Origin: Christensenellaceae bacterium
GTDB taxonomy: Bacteria; Bacillota; Clostridia; Christensenellales; UBA1242
Length of the DNA stretch: 64,000 bases
Direction: 5' to 3'
Assembly (NCBI GenBank): GCA_031260975.1
Contig: JAISKJ010000003.1
Coordinates: 65,480 to 129,479 of the forward strand
Shown: positions 30,390 through 39,613 of the stretch, one piece after another
Position numbering within the stretch: position 1 is the first letter of the stretch
Layout of the letters: every line of letters starts with the position of its first letter
The notes under the pieces: generated by a model
The model's database searches: none
What the model saw: only the letters and a program-made list of their open reading frames with translations
What the model was told of the DNA's origin: nothing
Translations under genes and position numbers: made by a program

Positions 30390-30407
30390 CAGGGAGGAAA
30401 TTTTTCT

Positions 30408-31361
30408 ATGATGGAAATCGAAAAGCCAAGAATCACTATCGAAGAGCAGGATGGCGGCCATGTTGCAAAATTTGTGGTAGAGCCGCTCGAAAGGGGTTTT
30501 GGTATTACGCTGGGGAACTGCTTGCGAAGAACACTCTTAAGCTCGCTCCCCGGGGCTGCCGCAGTAGCCATTAGAATTGCGGGCGTTCAGCACGAGTTTT
30601 CAAACATACCGGGTGCAACCGAGGATGTTACGGACATTGTGCTTAACATAAAAAATCTTTCAGTAAAGACAAGTACTTTAGAAAGAGATTTCAGAACAAC
30701 TCTGCGGCTTGTAGCTAAGGGGCCCAAAACAATTACCGCTAAGGATTTTGAAACCAACAGCAGCGTGGAGATACTTAATCCCGATTTGGTCATCTGTACG
30801 CTTGACGAGGGCGGCAAAATTGACATGGAAGTGATTATCGGCAGAGGCCGAGGTTATGTTGCAGCAAGCCAGAATAAGAGCGAGGATGACCCCATCGGCT
30901 ATATCGCAATAGACTCTATCTTTACCCCCATAAAGAGTGTAAACTACAGTGTAGAGAGCACACGTGTGGGCCGAAGCATAGACTTTGACAAGCTGACGAT
31001 TGAGGTTAGGACCAACGGCACAATGACGGCCAGAGAAGTAATCAGCCTTTCGGGCAAGATTATTCAGGATCACATTGCATTGTTTGTAAACCTTGTGGGT
31101 TTTATGAGCGGGCTTGACATTTTGGTAAATAAAGAAGAGAGCAAGCAGGTTAAGGTTTTGGAGATGGCCATTGAAGATATGGATTTGTCGGTGCGAAGTT
31201 ACAATTGTTTGAAGCGTGCCAACATAAACACTATTGAAGATTTGACCAGAAAATCTAAAGACGATATGTTAAAGGTGCGAAACCTGGGGCTGAAGTCTTT
31301 GGAAGAAGTTATTCAAAAATTGGAAAGTATGGGGCTGGCCCTTAGGAATGATGAAGAATAA
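30408..31361 (+). CDS. rpoA: DNA-directed RNA polymerase subunit alpha
   Basis: G.TLGN.LRR.LLSSLPG.A...I.I.GV.HEF; C-terminal domain LSVRSYNCLKRANI.TI.DL. Confidence 0.97.
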   Translation: MMEIEKPRITIEEQDGGHVAKFVVEPLERGFGITLGNCLRRTLLSSLPGAAAVAIRIAGVQHEFSNIPGATEDVTDIVLNIKNLSVKTSTLERDFRTTLRLVAKGPKTITAKDFETNSSVEILNPDLVICTLDEGGKIDMEVIIGRGRGYVAASQNKSEDDPIGYIAIDSIFTPIKSVNYSVESTRVGRSIDFDKLTIEVRTNGTMTAREVISLSGKIIQDHIALFVNLVGFMSGLDILVNKEESKQVKVLEMAIEDMDLSVRSYNCLKRANINTIEDLTRKSKDDMLKVRNLGLKSLEEVIQKLESMGLALRNDEE

Positions 31362-31434
31362 TAAATAAACAAATATAACTTGCGGGGCAAGAGAGTGGGG
31401 CACCCCACACCCGCAAAATTTTAAGGAGGAGAAA

Positions 31435-31947
31435 ATGGCACAGAAAGTAAGACTCAGTTTGCCTACCAAAGAAAGATTGTCGCTTCTGCGCTCACAGGCT
31501 ACCGACCTTTTGTGGTATGGCAGGCTGGAGACAACCGAAACGAGAGCTAAGGCAACTGCCAGATATGCCGAAAAACTTATCACTCTTGCGATGGATAGTT
31601 ATGACGACACTGTAAAGGTTTTAAAAAATGAACTTGACAGCAAAGGCGTAAAAATCAAGAGAGAAGTAATTAATGACGGCGCAAAAAAACTTGCGGCAAG
31701 GCGTAAAATTATGTCTAAGCTTTATGACAAACAAGAGCAGCGTAAGGAAAAAGAGCCCAAGGCTACTTTTGACGAACGCATAAAAGACATAAACCACCCG
31801 CTTATCGAAAAGATATTCAATGTCTATGGCCCGAAGTACGCTAAGCGTGCTGAAGAGCTGGGGCAGCGCGGCGGATATACAAGAGTGCTCAAAATCGGCA
31901 AGCGTCGCGGAGATGCTGCTGATATGGCAATTGTTGAACTTGTTTAA
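31435..31947 (+). CDS. rplQ: 50S ribosomal protein L17, long form with an internal insertion
   Basis: ...TTETRAKATARYAEKLITLA... and ...RGGYTRVLKIGKRRGDAADMAIVELV. 170 aa, against about 115-130 for typical L17. Confidence 0.9.
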   Translation: MAQKVRLSLPTKERLSLLRSQATDLLWYGRLETTETRAKATARYAEKLITLAMDSYDDTVKVLKNELDSKGVKIKREVINDGAKKLAARRKIMSKLYDKQEQRKEKEPKATFDERIKDINHPLIEKIFNVYGPKYAKRAEELGQRGGYTRVLKIGKRRGDAADMAIVELV

Positions 31948-31972
31948 AAAGACCGAAAAGGTCTTTTTTTTG
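31948..31972 (+). terminator. intrinsic terminator of the alpha operon
   Basis: AAAAAGACC-GAAAA-GGTCTTTTTTTT. Confidence 0.85.
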
Positions 31973-32211
31973 TTGAAGGGGCGGTCTCCTATGCGGATAG
32001 CTCACATTATAAAGTTGAGTCAGTTTTTTATTTTTCTTAAAAATACCCCTTGACAAGAGCGAGCGAGATATAATGTAGTTGTTCACTAATAGCAAAAAGT
32101 CTGTTGATAAGTTAATTGTGCGCAGGAAGTTATGAAAAGCGAGTCAGTGTCTTTTTTAATAAAGGCTGACATATAATTATATTATTTAAAAACAAAACAT
32201 TATCAAATTTC

Positions 32212-32239
32212 TTTACATTCTGCGTGAGTGTGATATAAT
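32212..32239 (+). promoter_or_regulatory. sigma-A promoter candidate for nfeD/SPFH
   Basis: TTTACA (32212-32217), 16-nt spacer, TGaTATAAT (TATAAT at 32234-32239). Confidence 0.5.
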
Positions 32240-32262
32240 TGAAATATTGAAAGGAGGTAGAT

Positions 32263-32772
32263 ATGCAACCTTGGATTTGGGCGATTATTATTGCCGTATT
32301 GCTGATTGTTGAATTTACAACAATGGGGCTGGTTTCAATCTGGTTCGCTCTTGGTGCCGTTGTAGGTTTTGTATTATCATTTTTTGGCATCCCATGGTAT
32401 TGGGAGGTTGTTGCAAGCCTTGGAGCGGGGTTTATTTTGCTTGCTTCAACACGAAAGTTTGTGGTGAAGTTTTTGCAGATAAAAGCTGTAAATACAAATG
32501 CTGATAGCATGGTAGGAAAAGAAACGCTACTTTTAGAAGATGTTGATATAGATAAAAAGGGTAGTGTAAGACTTAACGGAACAACCTGGACGGCAGCCGG
32601 TGAAAAGGCAATTGCGCAGGGGGTCAGAGTGAGAGTTGTTAAGCTTGAAGGCAACACTGTTTGGGTTGAAGAAATCATTGAACTCAAGACAGAAGCCAAG
32701 CAAGCTGAACCTGAAAAGCCTGCTGAAATAAATATTAAAACAACAAAAACAAAAAAAATAACCAGCGGGTGA
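32263..32772 (+). CDS. NfeD-family membrane protein
   Basis: Three N-terminal TM helices and a C-terminal OB-like domain (GKETLLLEDVD..GSVRLNGTTWTA......G..V.VV.LEGNT..V), upstream of an SPFH gene. Confidence 0.8.
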   Translation: MQPWIWAIIIAVLLIVEFTTMGLVSIWFALGAVVGFVLSFFGIPWYWEVVASLGAGFILLASTRKFVVKFLQIKAVNTNADSMVGKETLLLEDVDIDKKGSVRLNGTTWTAAGEKAIAQGVRVRVVKLEGNTVWVEEIIELKTEAKQAEPEKPAEINIKTTKTKKITSG

Positions 32773-32798
32773 TATTCCGCAAAAAGGAGAATTAAAAA

Positions 32799-33728
32799 AT
32801 GGGTTGGATTATAGGAATAATTATAGTATTGGTGGTGATTGCTATTATTTTGATAGCATCTATCCGAATTGTTAAACAAAGCACCGCAGTTGTGGTGGAG
32901 CGTCTTGGTGTGTATAAAAGAACCATGCAACCTGGACTTAGATTTTTGGTTCCGTTTATTGACAGGCGTGTCAAGACCATATCTCTTAAAGAAATGGTTG
33001 CTGACTTCAAACCGCAGCCGGTTATAACCAAAGATAACGTAACTATGCAGATTGACACGGTTGTATATTATCAGGTGACTGACCCCAAACTGTTTACGTA
33101 TGGGGTAGACAGACCTATAAGCGCAATTGAAAACCTTACAGCTACTACGCTTAGAAATATTGTTGGTGAGCTGGAACTCGACCAGACACTTACCAGCCGT
33201 GATACCGTAAACGCTCAGATGCGTATAATCATTGACGAAGTTACCGACGCATGGGGTATAAAGGTTAATCGTGTGGAGCTTAAAAACATACTTCCTCCGA
33301 GGGATATTCAGGAAAGCATGGAAAAGCAGATGAGAGCGGAGCGTGAGCGCCGTGAGTCAATTTTGAGAGCTGAAGGAGAGAAGCAAAGTCAGATTTTAGT
33401 GGCCGAAGGTGAAAAGGCTGCAGCGGTTTTAAGAGCCGAGGCTAAGAGAATATCACTTTTGACTGAAGCTGAGGGTCAGGCTGAAGCCATAAGACGTATA
33501 ATTGCAGCAAAACCCGACGCAGCGTATTTGACACTTCAGGGGTTTGAGGCACTGAGACACTTGGCCAACGGAGAGGCTACAAAGATTATTGTGCCAAGCA
33601 ACATTCAGGATGTGGCAGGACTACTGACAAGTATGACAGAAGTGTTAAAATCACCCTCGCCAGAACCATCAAAAAAGGTTGTAGTTGCTGCAAAACCCGC
33701 AGCCAAACAAAGTCCTGCTAAAAAATAA
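32799..33728 (+). CDS. SPFH/band-7 (stomatin/slipin-like) protein with a Lys/Ala/Pro tail
   Basis: IVKQSTAVVVERLGVYKRTMQPGLRFLVPFID...; coiled-coil ERERRESILRAEGEKQS. Tail is KKVVVAAKPAAKQSPAKK. Confidence 0.88.
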   Translation: MGWIIGIIIVLVVIAIILIASIRIVKQSTAVVVERLGVYKRTMQPGLRFLVPFIDRRVKTISLKEMVADFKPQPVITKDNVTMQIDTVVYYQVTDPKLFTYGVDRPISAIENLTATTLRNIVGELELDQTLTSRDTVNAQMRIIIDEVTDAWGIKVNRVELKNILPPRDIQESMEKQMRAERERRESILRAEGEKQSQILVAEGEKAAAVLRAEAKRISLLTEAEGQAEAIRRIIAAKPDAAYLTLQGFEALRHLANGEATKIIVPSNIQDVAGLLTSMTEVLKSPSPEPSKKVVVAAKPAAKQSPAKK

Positions 33729-33734
33729 TTCTAT

Positions 33735-33762
33735 AAAAAAAGAGCCTAACAGCTCTTTTTTA
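33735..33762. terminator. bidirectional terminator
   Basis: AAAAAAAGAGC-CTAACA-GCTCTTTTTT, between convergent genes. Confidence 0.75.
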
Positions 33763-33776
33763 TTTGGAAGTTATTA

Positions 33777-34631
33777 TTAATTGGTTTCAGTAATGTTGCT
33801 CAGTGCGGGAGGCAGCTGATACCAATCAAGACTGTTACGCTCCAAAAATATCTTTTCCATAACCTCGCGGGTTTCAAGCATCAGACTTTCGGCGCTTCTC
33901 AGCTCACCTCCTTCAGTTTTGGGGCTTATGGGTTTGCAAACAGTTAAAACTATGGTAGGTTTTTTGCGTCCTAAAAATTTATTGAATCGTTTGGGTTTTT
34001 TAAAGCTCAGCACAATGGGAACAATAGGTACTTCGGCACGCACTGATATGCTGAATGCGCCCTTTTTAAAAGTTCGCAGCTTGTTGTAATAGGGCCACAT
34101 GCTGCCTTCAGGGAAAATTATCATTGTGCGCCCGATCTTAAGGCCCCTGTCGATATCATCAAAAAACTTAGCTTTGCTTTTGAGGTCAAAGGGTACAGGT
34201 ACGGCATCCATAAGACGAATTAGTCTTCGCACAACGGGAATTTGATATATAGCCGGATTGCAGATATAGAACGGTCGTGTCGGAAAAAGAGCGGAACCCT
34301 GCAAAACGCATTGGTCGAGCACTATGCTGTGATTGCAGCATACAATTTTGCCTTGCTTTTTTAAAGCTCTTAGGTTCTTTTTTCCATAAACCTTTACGCC
34401 GTGCTTTATTTTTACAATCGGCCCCACAATAAATACTGCAAGGCAGTTGAAGCAAAAGGCAAAAAATCGATGCAGGGGTCCGAACTTTAAAAACTTGAAA
34501 TTGGGTGAAAATGCGCACTTTTTTAGAGGAGTCCAATTTGCAACAAGCTCTTCTGCTTCGTTGTCTGAAAATGGTTCGTCCTGAAGTTCAAACGGATTTT
34601 TCTTACCGTACTTCACTTTTTCTTTTTTCAT
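33777..34631 (-). CDS. lysophospholipid (1-acyl-sn-glycerol-3-phosphate-type) acyltransferase
   Basis: HX4D motif in CCNHSIVLD, plus IFPEGS. Start taken as the ATG at 34631; a TTG at 34640 is also possible. Confidence 0.75.
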   Translation of the reverse strand: MKKEKVKYGKKNPFELQDEPFSDNEAEELVANWTPLKKCAFSPNFKFLKFGPLHRFFAFCFNCLAVFIVGPIVKIKHGVKVYGKKNLRALKKQGKIVCCNHSIVLDQCVLQGSALFPTRPFYICNPAIYQIPVVRRLIRLMDAVPVPFDLKSKAKFFDDIDRGLKIGRTMIIFPEGSMWPYYNKLRTFKKGAFSISVRAEVPIVPIVLSFKKPKRFNKFLGRKKPTIVLTVCKPISPKTEGGELRSAESLMLETREVMEKIFLERNSLDWYQLPPALSNITETN

Positions 34632-34961
34632 TATTATCAAATTCCTATATATGTTTTATGATATTATATTCAATTGGCATCCATGCAACTTCATTTGCTA
34701 AAACCGCTTTGATTGCAATAGGAATATATGAGAGCATAAAGAACGGATTTATGTCGCAATCGCCGTTGTAAATATAAGTTCTCCCAGCAGTAGGGCTGTT
34801 AGCAGCACATTCATTTAGATTCTTAAAAAAACGTTGCTTGACTAAGTCAACGAACATAATTATGGTAACTTATATAAGAGTTTTTGTCAATCATTTTTGT
34901 AGAATGTATTTTGACTTTTAGTAACGCCCCTTTTTACTGATTGCATAACTTTGATTTTTTG

Positions 34962-34990
34962 AAACAAAAAAACGGCCCAGGCCGTTTTTA
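34962..34990 (-). terminator. intrinsic terminator after the dehydrogenase gene
   Basis: Minus strand reads AAAAACGGCC-TGG-GCCGTTTTTTT. Confidence 0.8.
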
Positions 34991-34991
34991 T

Positions 34992-36098
34992 TCAGTGACA
35001 GTTGCAATCTCCTTCGCAGGCACATTCCTCAATGTAGTCATTTATATCACCGAATCTGATTTCGTTGGCAGGTAGTTTTTCGGTGGTGAAGAACCCCGGA
35101 GGAGCTGCCATAACCTCGGGTATTCGGTTGATGACTGTGGCGCAGGTAAGTTCGACTGTGGAGGGTCGCTCAATCACAACGCGGGTAGTAGGCTCGCCTT
35201 CGATTGTCCAATCGTTTGCGTCAAACTCAGTTTCGTCATAAACCTTTCCGATACATTCTGTTTCAAGCGTAATGCCTTCTTTGGTAGTTGTAGTCACCAC
35301 TGCGCTCATACCGGTTGCACTGCCCTTGGGAATGGTAATTCCGAGCGTAGTGCTTTTAATATCTTTTTTAGCAATCTGCGGCAGGCATTTTTGAGTCTGG
35401 TTTTTTATGGTCAGCCCCAGCTGACTGCAAAGCCAGCCGTTTACATTCCACATGTAGCTTGGTAAGAATTCACCGTTTTCAATAAGCTTTTGACGTTCTT
35501 TTTCGCTTATGTTGTCGGCGGCGGCAATTTCTTTTTCAAAGTCTTTTAGTGAGAGCCCTGCTCCATGCGCCCGGGCCAAAGCAATTCCATAATCTTCTAC
35601 ATTATAACTGCTTTTGCCTTTTATTTTCTTGATTGTATGTGTAGCACCTGCCAGCACGGTTATTAGATTTCCCCAGAAAACATCCTGATAGCCACTTCCG
35701 CAAAGAGTACAGTTGTTTGCCTGAGCCAGCGTATTGAGCCGTGCGAACAAACCGGGATTGCTGTTTTGTGGAAAGAAACTTTCTTCACAGATGGATATAG
35801 CGTTAACTCCATTTTTGGCGCAAATTTCAAAAGCAGGGTGGACATCTTTAAGCAGGCTCATGGTGGTGATGATTGCAATATCAGGCTGGTTCTTTTTTAA
35901 AAAGTTGTCAAACTCTTTGGCATCCTGAATTTTTACGCCATATTTTTTTTGGCCGTGAATTTCCATTATATCTTTACCTACAACCTTGGGGTCAATATCA
36001 AATCCCCCTACAATCTTTATGCCTTTTTCGGCGGCGTAGCGCATGGTATAGGCGCTCATTTTTCCGCATCCATATTGAACCATAGTGATTTTTTTCAT
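34992..36098 (-). CDS. DapB-fold NAD(P)-dependent dehydrogenase (2,4-diaminopentanoate/amine dehydrogenase-like) with a Cys-rich C-terminal tail
   Basis: N-terminal Rossmann segment ITMVQYGCGKMSAYTMRYAAEKGIKIVGGFD. Length and domain order fit the family. The tail is IEECACEGDCNCH. SD AAGGAG is present. Confidence 0.6.
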   Translation of the reverse strand: MKKITMVQYGCGKMSAYTMRYAAEKGIKIVGGFDIDPKVVGKDIMEIHGQKKYGVKIQDAKEFDNFLKKNQPDIAIITTMSLLKDVHPAFEICAKNGVNAISICEESFFPQNSNPGLFARLNTLAQANNCTLCGSGYQDVFWGNLITVLAGATHTIKKIKGKSSYNVEDYGIALARAHGAGLSLKDFEKEIAAADNISEKERQKLIENGEFLPSYMWNVNGWLCSQLGLTIKNQTQKCLPQIAKKDIKSTTLGITIPKGSATGMSAVVTTTTKEGITLETECIGKVYDETEFDANDWTIEGEPTTRVVIERPSTVELTCATVINRIPEVMAAPPGFFTTEKLPANEIRFGDINDYIEECACEGDCNCH

Positions 36099-36196
36099 AT
36101 TTTTCTCCTTAAATACACCTCAACATATTATTGACGGGTTTATTTATTTAGTATACCACCAAACCCCGTTTTTTTAAAATGTTTTGAAGTCAAAGA

Positions 36197-36226
36197 ATTA
36201 AAAAAATGACGGATATCCGTCATTTT
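36197..36226 (-). terminator. intrinsic terminator ending the five-gene minus-strand operon
   Basis: Stem ATGACGG / CCGTCAT, with an A7 run on the plus strand (a T-run on the minus strand). Confidence 0.8.
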
Positions 36227-37435
36227 TCAGTCTTGCTCAATTTCTTCGGGGATTTCAATTTTGTTTTTATAGTTTTTTAAAATTTCCAGATATTTTTCTA
36301 TCAAGAGCTCGCTCGATTGTTGCCAAGTAATATAGTGGTCTTCACCTGCTTTTTGCGACACTTTTTTTAGAAGCTCTTTGTTTGAGATTGCTTCTTTTAT
36401 TACTCTTGCAATATCTTGGATATCGTCTTCACAAAGGTATCCGTTGACATTATGTTCAACATCATAGCCCGCCATGCTGCCGCGTACAAATACTCCGGCG
36501 GTTTTGTGAGCAGCGGCCTCAATTTTAACCAGGCCAAAATTGTCATAAAGTGACGGAAATAAAAGTAAATCGGCCCGGGCATACAACGCCTTAAAAGTTT
36601 CAAAGTCTTCAACAAAGCCTGTAAAAATTACATCGTTTTCAAGTCCGAGTTTTTTTGCTGTCTTTTTGAGATATTTTTCGTCCATGCCTTCGCCCGCAAC
36701 AAAATATTTAAAGCTCTGTCCGCTGTCTTTAAGAATTTTAAGTGCTTTCATAGTGAAGTCAATTCTTTTCAGCTTCATAAGCCTGCCAACAAACAGAAAT
36801 ACGGTGTCGTCGTCTTTGAGGCCATATTCTTTATTTATTTTTTGTTTGTATTGTTCAATCAGGTCGTCAGAAGCTTTTGGAAGGTTTGTTCCGCGGTCCC
36901 TAAGGATAGTAATATTGTTTTTGACTCCAAAAGACTCTGCCTGCTTTTTTACTCCGCCTGATATAACCAATATTTCGTCAAGCTTGCTCAGACGTTTTCC
37001 AATGTTTTTGATTATAATTTCGGCAAGCGGACCTATAATTTTTCGCATAATAGGTCTGAAGTTGGTGTGAAATGTGGCCACAATGGGAATATTACGTGCT
37101 TTGGCGTAGTTTATCATAAACTTGCACATATTGAAAGGGGAGTGCATATGAATGATATCCCACTTGGTTTCATCAAGTTTACGCTCAAATTCTTTGTCTC
37201 CCACAGGTTTTCCATAATAGCCGCCGTAAAAAGGGAGTTTGATTGCGCGTGAACGTATTATCGGATAAGACTCGGTATCTTTGTAATTTTTGCCCGCTCC
37301 CGGTGCCGCGGCTGCAACATTATGTCCCATTTTTTTCATACATTTAAGATAATTTTGCATGGTGGCTATTACGCCGTCCATCGACGGCAAATACATATCC
37401 ATAGCCATTAGTATGTTAAGTTTTTTGTTTTCCAT
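36227..37435 (-). CDS. GT4-family (GT-B fold) glycosyltransferase
   Basis: N-terminus ILMAMDMYLPSMDGV. C-terminal region has the E..E-type motif FPSLYDNFGLVKIEAAAHKTAGV. SD GGAGGAAAA is present. Confidence 0.8.
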   Translation of the reverse strand: MENKKLNILMAMDMYLPSMDGVIATMQNYLKCMKKMGHNVAAAAPGAGKNYKDTESYPIIRSRAIKLPFYGGYYGKPVGDKEFERKLDETKWDIIHMHSPFNMCKFMINYAKARNIPIVATFHTNFRPIMRKIIGPLAEIIIKNIGKRLSKLDEILVISGGVKKQAESFGVKNNITILRDRGTNLPKASDDLIEQYKQKINKEYGLKDDDTVFLFVGRLMKLKRIDFTMKALKILKDSGQSFKYFVAGEGMDEKYLKKTAKKLGLENDVIFTGFVEDFETFKALYARADLLLFPSLYDNFGLVKIEAAAHKTAGVFVRGSMAGYDVEHNVNGYLCEDDIQDIARVIKEAISNKELLKKVSQKAGEDHYITWQQSSELLIEKYLEILKNYKNKIEIPEEIEQD

Positions 37436-37456
37436 TTTTTTGTTTTCCTCCGCAGG

Positions 37457-38614
37457 TTAGTTTGATTTTTTAATAATTTTTTGAATAATATCTGAAGTCC
37501 CGTGTTCGTTGCTCACAACATGGGTCGTTATATTTAGGTTTATGTTTTTGCAACGTGCCAGAAAATGAGAAGTTTTTGGTTCAATTGAATATTTTTCACA
37601 TGCAAGCTTAATGTTTTTTTCAAGTGTGTCATAATAGAAATAATCATCAAAAAATACGCCTGATTCACCAAGCCGTTTTGAAAAGTTTTTATATATTGCT
37701 TCTAGTTCTTGAGACTCTCGTGCATCTTTGTCATCTGTTGCGATGATTAAAAAACCTGCTGAGCGCAGCTGTTTAAAGCAATTAATAATGTTATCTGTGA
37801 ATTTATCTCCGATTGCTATATTTTTTATGTCTTTGTTGGTCAGCACTTCAGCAGACAGAAAAACTGCCTTTTGAGGGTTGGTGAGACATCGTTTGTTTAC
37901 TACTTTGCTCTCGATATCTTTAAGAGCCGCCGTATATCGCTCAGGTGTGCCCACGTCCTGTATATATTCAGAAGACTCATAACCAAATACTTTGTCGGTG
38001 TTTTGGATATAGAAGTTGATGAAATCGTGCTCCATGCCTACGGGCTTAAGCTCTTTAAAATATTTTAGGGCTTCTTTGTTTATGATAAAAAATCCGAGAT
38101 TGGCTTGATTGAAATAGTCATATGCTCTGGGCTGGTTTTTTTTGTCAAAACCCAGCACGCGTTTGGTTGTTTTATCCAAGATTATAAGGTCGCAGTCGTG
38201 CGGGTGGTTAGTGGGCTGTGTCAGAAGGGTTATAAGCGCGCCTTTCCCCTTATGAAAATCGAGCATCCTTTTAATATCTATATCAAATATTACATCGCCG
38301 TTTGCCACAATAAAATCGCCATCAACTTTATCCTTTAAATAATATAATGCTCCGCCTGAGCTTAGGGGAGTGTCTTCAAGGATATAATTTATTTTAAGGC
38401 CGAACTTTTTTCCGTCGCCAAAATATTCTTCTATTTTTTGGTGCAGGTGACCAACCGAAAAAAAGATTTCGTCCACCCCGTTTTTCTTCATCACGTCAAC
38501 TGCATATTCTAAAATTGGTTTGCCCAGCATTGGGGCCATAGGTTTTGGGATTTCGTCGTGTGTAATTTCTAAAAATCGTGTGCCTTTTCCTCCGGCACTT
38601 ATATATGCTTTCAT
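37457..38614 (-). CDS. sugar-phosphate nucleotidyltransferase fused to a degenerate HAD (GmhB-like) domain
   Basis: N-terminus AGGKGTRF...PKPM. The C-terminal domain aligns with the HAD start but reads KAVFLSAEVL where GmhB-type phosphatases have FLDRDG. Confidence 0.7.
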   Translation of the reverse strand: MKAYISAGGKGTRFLEITHDEIPKPMAPMLGKPILEYAVDVMKKNGVDEIFFSVGHLHQKIEEYFGDGKKFGLKINYILEDTPLSSGGALYYLKDKVDGDFIVANGDVIFDIDIKRMLDFHKGKGALITLLTQPTNHPHDCDLIILDKTTKRVLGFDKKNQPRAYDYFNQANLGFFIINKEALKYFKELKPVGMEHDFINFYIQNTDKVFGYESSEYIQDVGTPERYTAALKDIESKVVNKRCLTNPQKAVFLSAEVLTNKDIKNIAIGDKFTDNIINCFKQLRSAGFLIIATDDKDARESQELEAIYKNFSKRLGESGVFFDDYFYYDTLEKNIKLACEKYSIEPKTSHFLARCKNINLNITTHVVSNEHGTSDIIQKIIKKSN

Positions 38615-38729
38615 AAAGTCTCCTTATCAAAAGTTTTCATCATTGTCAGAGGGCTGCGTGTGCCAAGTTTGCTTGGTCGTGTATACCGCACTGAAAACTT
38701 TTTGGTGTGGATGCCTCCGCCTGATTGGT

Positions 38730-39593
38730 TTAAAAACACTGCGGGTTTTGGGCTTTAATTTTGTCGAATTCGTCGTATATCCAGATATATTGAGGCTGAA
38801 GCTTGCGCATGAAGTCGGTTTCGTCAATCTTAATGCGGTGCCACCATTTTTTGGTGAAAGGGATTTTCCCTTCGCGAAGAGCGCACACATGATGAGCGAT
38901 GCAGCCTTTCCTCCATTTGTAAGGTATGAGTTTTTTACTGATTAATTTGCGTTTTTTGCAGGCGGTATTCATTGCGCTCATATCTATATAACATATATAT
39001 TTTTTGGTGGCCACAAGCTCAAGTGCTCTGTCAAACACACCGTTTTCTCTGATTTTTTTCATGTTTAAAAGCATGACTCCGCTTTGCATATATCTGGTTA
39101 TTCTGAAGTCGTCACGCCTGCCGGCGATTTCTACGTTTGAAATGTCAATATCCCAAAGCTTTTTTATGTCGTCATTCAAAAAAACGTCGGCATCAAGATA
39201 TATTATTTTGTCAGGCACTTCGCTCACAAGATGGGCTAAAAGGCGTACTGACACATAAGCCGAGTATTTATAATATTTATTTTGTATGTTTGGGCCCTTT
39301 AAAAGATATTCTTTCATAAGACCGCTTACGTCAACAGAGCGGAAAACACTCTGGGGGTTTGATTGCTTCAAAATTTTTGTGAGCAGTGCATCCTGCGCCG
39401 GAGTGGTTGAACGTCCTTTGGGGTTATACTCCCTCATTTCTCCTGTGAGATTTATTACGTTGAGGGGCTCTTTGGTATATTTTGCAAGCGATATTACGCT
39501 GAGTAGCTGCTGAACGAAAAACTTATTATCGGTGCAATAGAGTATGTTTATCACATAGACCTCCCAAGGCTTGAGCCTAATAAAGTCTATCAT
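38730..39593 (-). CDS. GT8-family (GT-A fold, LPS-type) glycosyltransferase
   Basis: NILYCTDNKFF..., DxD in YLDADVFLNDD, and ...SGVMLLNMKK. An alternative GTG start at 39554 has a better SD (GGGAGG). Confidence 0.78.
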   Translation of the reverse strand: MIDFIRLKPWEVYVINILYCTDNKFFVQQLLSVISLAKYTKEPLNVINLTGEMREYNPKGRSTTPAQDALLTKILKQSNPQSVFRSVDVSGLMKEYLLKGPNIQNKYYKYSAYVSVRLLAHLVSEVPDKIIYLDADVFLNDDIKKLWDIDISNVEIAGRRDDFRITRYMQSGVMLLNMKKIRENGVFDRALELVATKKYICYIDMSAMNTACKKRKLISKKLIPYKWRKGCIAHHVCALREGKIPFTKKWWHRIKIDETDFMRKLQPQYIWIYDEFDKIKAQNPQCF

Positions 39594-39613
39594 ATTTTAA
39601 GCTTTAGTGTCAA

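Noticed and set aside
32050-32074. Perfect TTGACA and TATAAT hexamers downstream of rplQ.
   Set aside because: The spacer is only 13 nt (32056-32068), which is incompatible with a standard sigma-A promoter. No gene follows in a sensible position.
32130-32930. 266-aa minus-strand ORF overlapping nfeD and the SPFH start.
   Set aside because: It is antisense to two well-supported genes, has no SD, and has an implausible Ser/Thr/Ile-rich sequence.
34645-34857. 70-aa minus-strand ORF upstream of the acyltransferase, starting next to a near-palindrome (cgttgcTTGACtaaGTCAAcg, about 34838-34858).
   Set aside because: It has no SD and no recognisable motif, and it lies in the probable promoter/leader region of the acyltransferase. 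The palindrome may be an operator, but I could not support a function.
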